Positions 58,104 to 64,000 of a DNA stretch of 64,000 bases are shown here, in pieces. Positions within the stretch are counted from its first letter, which is position 1, and each line of letters opens with the position of its first letter. The notes beneath the pieces are model-generated. The model was not told where the DNA came from. It ran no database searches and saw only the letters and a program-made list of their open reading frames with translations. This DNA comes from a virus. The stretch lies in the IMG/VR virus record IMGVR_UViG_3300023179_000013, positions 64,001 through 128,000 of that record; one strand, 5' to 3'. A program made the translations under genes and the position numbers.

Positions 58104-59024
58104 ATGAAAAAACATACACTCTGGATTGAAAAATATCGTAGCCAAACGCTAGAACAGTACATCGGAAATGATGCTGTTAAAGATCGCATCTCCAATTGTA
58201 TTGATAAAAACGATATTCCCCATTTTATCTTTAGCGGTACAGCAGGTACTGGTAAAACAACATTAGCTAAACTAATAGTTAATAACATTAAATGTGATTA
58301 CCTCTATCTTAACGCTAGTGATGAGAATGGTATTGACATGATTAGGGAAAAGGTAAAGGGATTCGCTTCATCAGCTACATTTAATCCAATTAAAGTAGTA
58401 ATATTGGACGAGGCTGATTTCTTGACTCAACCAGCACAAGCTGCACTTCGTAATATTATCGAAGAATATTCAATTAATACACGCTTTATCTTAACATGTA
58501 ATTATATTGAGCGTTTAATTGAACCGCTTACATCACGTTGTGAAATTCATATCTTAAAACCACCATCAATGCCTGATGTTGCAAGACATATTTGCACAAA
58601 TATTCTTGATGTTGAAGGTGTAGAATATGATTTGAAAAACGTAGCAATGTTAGTTAAAGAATATTATCCTGATATTCGCTCAGTAATCAAAAATCTACAA
58701 GCAGGAGTTAAAGATAATAAATATCAATGGATTGCTCTTAGCACTGATTGGCTATCTAAAGTAGTAGAAGTATTAAAATCTAGAGATAAAAAAGCATGGT
58801 ACACTATCAGACAAATTGTAGCTGATGCCCAAATAGATGATTTTCAAATAGCATATCGCTATATGTTTGATAATCTAGAAAAATATAGTCATGGACATGA
58901 TGCTGAAATATCAGTAGTATTGGATGATCATATCTGGAGAGCAGGTGTAGTACCTGATAAAGAAATTAATTTTGCAGCTGCAATAGCTAAAATATTAGAA
59001 CTAAATAAAAAACAAGTATTATGA
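58104..59024 (+). CDS. Clamp loader AAA+ subunit (RFC/gp44-like)
   Basis: WIEKYR, GTAGTGKT, NASDE, LDEADFL, FILTCNY, SRC. Confidence 0.95.
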   Translation: MKKHTLWIEKYRSQTLEQYIGNDAVKDRISNCIDKNDIPHFIFSGTAGTGKTTLAKLIVNNIKCDYLYLNASDENGIDMIREKVKGFASSATFNPIKVVILDEADFLTQPAQAALRNIIEEYSINTRFILTCNYIERLIEPLTSRCEIHILKPPSMPDVARHICTNILDVEGVEYDLKNVAMLVKEYYPDIRSVIKNLQAGVKDNKYQWIALSTDWLSKVVEVLKSRDKKAWYTIRQIVADAQIDDFQIAYRYMFDNLEKYSHGHDAEISVVLDDHIWRAGVVPDKEINFAAAIAKILELNKKQVL

Positions 59025-59257
59025 GTCAAGAACAAATGAACTTAAATATCAGTTTAGATAAAACAACTGAATTAGTATGTGATGAATGTGGTAATCCTGC
59101 TTTTCAAGAGGTAGTATTGCTTCGTAAAGCATCTCGCTTCATTACAGGAACAGCACAAGATGCTATGATTCCAATTCCAGTATTTGCTTGTAGCAAATGT
59201 GGACACGTAAATGAAGAATTTCTTCCAATGCAACTTAGAAAACAAACAGAACAATAA
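59021..59257 (+). CDS. Zinc-ribbon protein
   Basis: CDEC...CSKC. Confidence 0.75.
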   Translation: MSQEQMNLNISLDKTTELVCDECGNPAFQEVVLLRKASRFITGTAQDAMIPIPVFACSKCGHVNEEFLPMQLRKQTEQ

Positions 59258-59529
59258 TGTTCAATTTATTTAAAAAATTATTTAAAATGTCAACTAAACA
59301 AGAACTAGAACAGCAACTTGCTGGTGCTATTGATGTAGCTCAACGTTTAAATGAAGAAATTAAAACATTAAGAACAGCTAATGAAACACTAGCAATTGAA
59401 AATGAATCATTAAAAAATGATTTCAATGCAGCTGCTGATAGAGTGAGATATTTAGATGGTCAAGTAAGAATGCTAGAAGCACAGCGCCAAGCTAAAAACC
59501 AATATTCAGATAACGATAGAAACTATTAA
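59257..59529 (+). CDS. Coiled-coil hypothetical protein
   Basis: Heptad pattern. Confidence 0.65.
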   Translation: MFNLFKKLFKMSTKQELEQQLAGAIDVAQRLNEEIKTLRTANETLAIENESLKNDFNAAADRVRYLDGQVRMLEAQRQAKNQYSDNDRNY

Positions 59530-59912
59530 TGCCTAATATCTTCGACCATATTAAAAATATTACCACGTCTAAGGGTCCATATCTAGGTGACGAGGGATGG
59601 AACAATTGGATGATCAATCGTTACCTAAGTATGGATCCCGACTATTGTGAAGTAGTTAATATAGTACAGAAGAATACTTGGCAAATGAAAGGAGAGTACT
59701 TATATAACCTATATAAGGACCTGATTCCCCAACAGTATAAGTTTCTAAAGTATATTAAAGCATCTAAAAAATCAAACTATGAAAAGGATGATATTAATGC
59801 TGTTAAACAATACTTTGAAATATCCGAAAAACAAGCCAAGGAATATATTGATATGCTCCCTGAAGAAGAATTGGAAACAATAAAACAACAAATAAATGGC
59901 GTTTGCAGTTAA
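59529..59912 (+). CDS. Clamp loader small subunit (gp62-like)
   Basis: WMINRYLSM...FLKYIK...YFEIS...AKEY. Confidence 0.65.
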   Translation: MPNIFDHIKNITTSKGPYLGDEGWNNWMINRYLSMDPDYCEVVNIVQKNTWQMKGEYLYNLYKDLIPQQYKFLKYIKASKKSNYEKDDINAVKQYFEISEKQAKEYIDMLPEEELETIKQQINGVCS

Positions 59913-60153
59913 ATTTATATTGGTAATGTTAGCTATGATTGTAGCTGATATTTGCTGGACTATGTATTTTATTGAAGTAGATAAACGTAGACCAGTCCCG
60001 GCAGGTATATGGGGTTCTGCTATTATGATATTTGGAGCATTCACCACAGTTCATTATGTTGATGATCATAGATTATTAGTAGCTGCTATATTAGGTTCTT
60101 TTATAGGCACAGCAGGAACAGTATATTATAAAAATAAAAAAGAACAAAAATGA
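59896..60153 (+). CDS. Small membrane protein
   Basis: Three hydrophobic segments; ILGSFIGT. Confidence 0.7.
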   Translation: MAFAVKFILVMLAMIVADICWTMYFIEVDKRRPVPAGIWGSAIMIFGAFTTVHYVDDHRLLVAAILGSFIGTAGTVYYKNKKEQK

Positions 60154-60503
60154 CAATAAATAGCTACGAAGACTACCAACGTTTTATGCGTGATACTGAA
60201 CTGCATTGTATTGATAATAAAATGAAAAAATCAGAAGACTATTTCGTTAAGGATGAAATTACTAAATCTGTAATATTAGATTTATCATCCCGTGCTGCAC
60301 GTGGTGTTAAAAAATATAATACAACATTAGGTGAAAACAATCACCAAAATATGCTTCAACATGCTTATGAAGAAGCACTTGATTTAGCTCAGTACCTCAA
60401 AAAAGAAATTACTACACTTAATACCATCCAAGATATGGTTAAAAAGTATCCTAATGATGCTGATTTAGGCGAACAGATAAGACTAATATATGACCAAAAG
60501 TAA
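60150..60503 (+). CDS. Hypothetical protein, possible all-alpha NTP pyrophosphatase
   Basis: R...GVKKYNTTL...HAYEEALDLAQYL. Confidence 0.55.
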   Translation: MTINSYEDYQRFMRDTELHCIDNKMKKSEDYFVKDEITKSVILDLSSRAARGVKKYNTTLGENNHQNMLQHAYEEALDLAQYLKKEITTLNTIQDMVKKYPNDADLGEQIRLIYDQK

Positions 60504-61422
60504 ATTAACTGAAGTTGAACTGAAAGTTAAGAACTTTACCCCACCAGAAATCAATCACGCATTTCAGCGTACTGTATCTTACTCTCAATTTTCAATGTAC
60601 TCAACATGTCCACATCAGTGGTATTTAAGCTACGTTGAAAATAAACAACCATATCAAGCTAGCATCCACACTGTGTTTGGAACTTCATTCCATGAAACAC
60701 TCCAAGAATATATTAATACAATGTATAATGTGAGTGGAGTAGCCGCTGATAAAATGGATCTAGAAGCTTTATTCACTGAACGCTTTAGGGAAGTATACAG
60801 AAGAGAATATGAAAAAACAGGAGAGCATTTTAGCAATCCATTTGAAATGAGAGCATTTTTTGAAGATGGAATAGCAATTCTGAGTTGGATTAAAGCAAGA
60901 CGAAATAAATTATTTACAATACGTAAAGTAAAACTACTAGGTATAGAGTTACCTCTGCTAGTAGGAGTAAGTAAAAACATATTCCTAAAAGGATTTATTG
61001 ATTTTATCTTATACGACACCGAACTAAATAAAGTTTACATTTATGACATCAAAACCTCGACGCGTGGATGGGGCGAAAGAGAAAAGAAGGACGATACTAA
61101 ACTCTCTCAAATCCTCCTTTATAAAGAGTACTTTGCAAAACAATTCGGACTCGACGTTGATCGAATCGAAGTTGAATACTTTATTGTCAAACGAAAAATT
61201 TGGGAAGAGTCTGAATACCCAATTCCCAGGGTTCAATCCTTCAAGCCCGCTAGTGGAAAATCCAAAAGACGACAAGCAGTAGATAATTTTAATGCTTTTG
61301 TACAAGATTGCTTTGATGAAAGTGGTAAACCTAAAATTAAGTCGTACATTAAAAATGTAGGTGAAAGCAGCTGCAAATGGTGTCCCTATGCAGATAAACC
61401 AGAACTTTGTAATAAACAGTGA
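60490..61422 (+). CDS. PD-(D/E)XK RecB/Cas4-like nuclease
   Basis: SYSQ...CP, GTSFHE, GFID, YDIKT, Q..LY, CKWCP...C. Confidence 0.88.
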   Translation: MTKSKLTEVELKVKNFTPPEINHAFQRTVSYSQFSMYSTCPHQWYLSYVENKQPYQASIHTVFGTSFHETLQEYINTMYNVSGVAADKMDLEALFTERFREVYRREYEKTGEHFSNPFEMRAFFEDGIAILSWIKARRNKLFTIRKVKLLGIELPLLVGVSKNIFLKGFIDFILYDTELNKVYIYDIKTSTRGWGEREKKDDTKLSQILLYKEYFAKQFGLDVDRIEVEYFIVKRKIWEESEYPIPRVQSFKPASGKSKRRQAVDNFNAFVQDCFDESGKPKIKSYIKNVGESSCKWCPYADKPELCNKQ

Positions 61423-61694
61423 GAACAGCAATATACGTTTTAAAAAGAAATAATGAAATAGTTTATTTGGGTAAAAGTACAAACCCATATGAACGTTGGA
61501 AATTCCATCGCCGTAGCCGTAAATTTGGTAAAGAATTAGTAATGGAAATAGTAGATGAATTTAATGATATGGAGCTAGAATGGATATTAAAATTACAAGC
61601 AAATGGTACATTGCTGGAAAATAAAACACTAAACACCAATTCTAATAATGATTGGAAAATTGGTGATTCTTATTCAAAACTTAAAACAAAATAA
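61419..61694 (+). CDS. Small GIY-YIG nuclease-domain protein
   Basis: AIY-x9-YLG, then R..FH and E..WI. Confidence 0.7.
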   Translation: MRTAIYVLKRNNEIVYLGKSTNPYERWKFHRRSRKFGKELVMEIVDEFNDMELEWILKLQANGTLLENKTLNTNSNNDWKIGDSYSKLKTK

Positions 61695-61738
61695 CGCGTT
61701 TTCGTATCTTCGTATATATTTATATCAAAATATAATAT

Positions 61739-61936
61739 ATGGCAAAATCAAATATGCAATTAACAAGCGTAAAGATTCCTGAAGACTTATTTGAACAATT
61801 CAAAATTGCATGTGTAAAGTACAAATTCAGCGTACAAAAATTAACAGAACGTTGTATGTTTATGTATTTAACAGATGAAGAATTTAGAAAACAAGTTCAC
61901 AATCAATTAGACACTAATTTTACAGGAAGCATTTAA
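61739..61936 (+). CDS. Ribbon-helix-helix-like DNA-binding protein
   Basis: LTSVKIPEDLFEQFKIAC...SVQKL. Confidence 0.65.
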   Translation: MAKSNMQLTSVKIPEDLFEQFKIACVKYKFSVQKLTERCMFMYLTDEEFRKQVHNQLDTNFTGSI

Positions 61937-61945
61937 AAAACAATT

Positions 61946-63403
61946 ATGAAAGAAGGTTATATTGAACAATCAAAACGTAAGAAAATCTTACTGTTATGTG
62001 ATGATATCAGAATGACTTCTGGTATTTCTACAATGGCTCGTGAAATCGTAGTAGGTACATCACATCATTACAACTGGGTTAACGTTGGTGGAGCTATTAA
62101 CCATCCTGATCAGGGCAAACGCTTTGATTTAAATGAGGATACTAATAGACATGCTGGTATTAACGATGCTAGTGTTATATTATATCCGATTAATGGTTAT
62201 GGTGATCCAATGTTTTTAAAGCAAATGATTGCCCTGGAAAAACCAGATGCATTGATGATGTTTACCGATCCTCGCTATTGGGTTTGGTTATTTCAGATGG
62301 AACATGAAATCAGAAAAACTATTCCTATTATTTATCTTAATATTTGGGATGACTTACCTTATCCAATGTACAATAAGTCATTCTACGAATCATGTGATGC
62401 ATTACTTGCAATCAGTAAACAAACAGAAAATCTAAACAGAGCAGTATTAGGAGCAGAATTATCAACTGAAAAAGTAATCAAATATGTTCCTCATGGTATT
62501 AATGAGAATATATTCTTCCCTATTACTAAAGAACATCCCGAATACTTAGCATTACAAGATTTTAAGAAACAATTATTTAAAGAAAAAGAATACGATTTTG
62601 TATTACACTATAATGCTAGAAACATTCGTCGTAAGTCGGTTCCCGATTTGATGTTAGCTTGGAAAATATTCATGGATAAATTATCTGATGATGCTAAAAA
62701 GAAATGTGCCTTTGTACTCCACACTCAACCAGTAGATGAAAATGGAACAGATTTATATGCTGTAAAAGATATGTTATTTGGTAATTATGAATATAATATT
62801 ATATTTGAACAGGGTCGTTATTCATCAAATGTAATGAATTTACTTTATAATGCTACTGATATTACAGCATTAATTTCATCTAACGAAGGTTGGGGATTAT
62901 CACTTACAGAAGCAATGATGTGTGGTAAGCCAATTATTGGTACTGTAACAGGTGGTATGCAAGACCAAATGCGCTTTGAAGATGAAAATGGTGAATGGAT
63001 TAAATTCACTGAAGAATTTGGATCTAACCATAGAGGTAAATATAAAAAACACGGAAAATGGGCCTACCCAGTATTCCCATCTAACCTCTCCCTTGTAGGT
63101 TCTATTCCAACTCCTTATATCTTTGATGATAGAGCAGAACCATTTGATATTGCAGATCAAATTAGTCGCGCTTATATTGATAAAATGAGTGACCCTAAAG
63201 AATGGGAAGAAAAAGGAAAAGCAGCTCGTGAGTGGGTTACCTCAGATGAATCTATGCAATCTGCAAGATGGATGTGTAAAAATACCATCGATGGTATAGA
63301 TGCTACTTTTGAAAAGTGGACTCCTCGTCATAGATTTGAACTCATTCAAGTAGAAACTCGTAAACAACCTAAACATTTCGTTAAACACGTTATCGCAAAA
63401 TAA
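61946..63403 (+). CDS. GT-B (GT4-like) glycosyltransferase
   Basis: KILLL.DD, VPHGIN, RNIRRK, SNEGWGLSLTEAMMCGKPII. Confidence 0.9.
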   Translation: MKEGYIEQSKRKKILLLCDDIRMTSGISTMAREIVVGTSHHYNWVNVGGAINHPDQGKRFDLNEDTNRHAGINDASVILYPINGYGDPMFLKQMIALEKPDALMMFTDPRYWVWLFQMEHEIRKTIPIIYLNIWDDLPYPMYNKSFYESCDALLAISKQTENLNRAVLGAELSTEKVIKYVPHGINENIFFPITKEHPEYLALQDFKKQLFKEKEYDFVLHYNARNIRRKSVPDLMLAWKIFMDKLSDDAKKKCAFVLHTQPVDENGTDLYAVKDMLFGNYEYNIIFEQGRYSSNVMNLLYNATDITALISSNEGWGLSLTEAMMCGKPIIGTVTGGMQDQMRFEDENGEWIKFTEEFGSNHRGKYKKHGKWAYPVFPSNLSLVGSIPTPYIFDDRAEPFDIADQISRAYIDKMSDPKEWEEKGKAAREWVTSDESMQSARWMCKNTIDGIDATFEKWTPRHRFELIQVETRKQPKHFVKHVIAK

Positions 63404-63404
63404 T

Positions 63405-64000
63405 ATGAAACAATTAATAATAGTAAGTTGTCCTATTGACACATATTCTGGTTATGGTGCTCGCTCAAGAGATATTGTAAAAGCGCTTTTAAAAGCTAAT
63501 AAATACGATGTCAAAATCCTCCCACAGAGATGGGGTAATACACCTTTTGGATTTTTACAAGCAGATAATCCTGAGCATAAGCAAATTCTAGATTGTTTCC
63601 TTCAGCAACCACAACTACCACGCCAACCAGATTGCTGGATTCAAATCACAGTACCAAATGAATTCCAGCCAATAGGTAAATTTAACATTGGTATTACAGC
63701 AGGTATTGAAACAACGGTATGTGCTCCTGAATGGATTGATGGTGTTAATAGAATGAATTTAACATTAGTATCGTCTGAACATGCTAAGAAAGTATTTGAA
63801 CAATCAGCATTTGAACAACGTGACCAACAATCAGGTCAAGTTATAAGAAATATTAAACTTGAAAAACCAGTAGAGGTATTATTTGAAGGTGTTGATACTA
63901 GCATTTATGAAAAAATAGATGCTGTTAATGATAGTGAAGTATGGGATGTATTAGATTCAATCGATGAAGAATTTAATTTCCTATATGTTGGTCATTGGTT
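63405..64000 (+). CDS. Second glycosyltransferase, truncated by the window end
   Basis: MKQLIIVSCPIDTYSGYGARSRD...GITAGIET...EGVD...FLYVGHW. Confidence 0.8.
   Translation, partial: MKQLIIVSCPIDTYSGYGARSRDIVKALLKANKYDVKILPQRWGNTPFGFLQADNPEHKQILDCFLQQPQLPRQPDCWIQITVPNEFQPIGKFNIGITAGIETTVCAPEWIDGVNRMNLTLVSSEHAKKVFEQSAFEQRDQQSGQVIRNIKLEKPVEVLFEGVDTSIYEKIDAVNDSEVWDVLDSIDEEFNFLYVGHW

Noticed and set aside
60490-61422. Cas4-like nuclease as evidence of a CRISPR-Cas system
   Set aside because: There are no other cas genes and no array; stand-alone RecB/Cas4-like nucleases are common in phages.

Overview
A 64 kb segment of an AT-rich, large T4-like myovirus genome. Essentially all genes lie on the + strand. 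The host is probably a Bacteroidota: there are no consistent Shine-Dalgarno sites, and TTTG-N19-21-TAnnTT(T/C)N promoter-like motifs recur. Gene order: end of the major capsid gene, phoH, neck/head-completion genes, two modular Ser/Thr/Ala-rich tail fibres with a LamG-like lectin cassette array, then the contractile tail (sheath, tube, chaperone, tape measure, baseplate). Next come a replication block (small family-A polymerase-like protein, SSB, UvsX/RecA, 5'-3' exonuclease, helicase, thioredoxin, class II RNR), a 7-deazaguanine cluster (queD, TGT/DpdA-like, queC, queE, folE), a family-B polymerase with clamp and clamp loader, an hsp20-groES-groEL locus, a RecB-type nuclease and glycosyltransferases. 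The most unusual signals are: (i) a PolA-fold protein with an altered steric gate beside the helicase/SSB, in a phage that also has PolB; (ii) three mini-hairpins with TA(C/T)ATA cores at an exact 23-nt period, ending on the start codon of the giant fibre gene; (iii) a QueC whose four Zn-binding cysteines are all substituted; (iv) a 13-bp inverted repeat bracketing hsp20; (v) a probable +1/-2 frameshift on a T7 tract upstream of the tape measure gene; (vi) an intergenic ATATTTATA motif that is the reverse complement of the T4 late promoter; (vii) lectin and fibre cassettes with conserved DNA boundaries. All calls come from reading motifs by eye; no searches were run.
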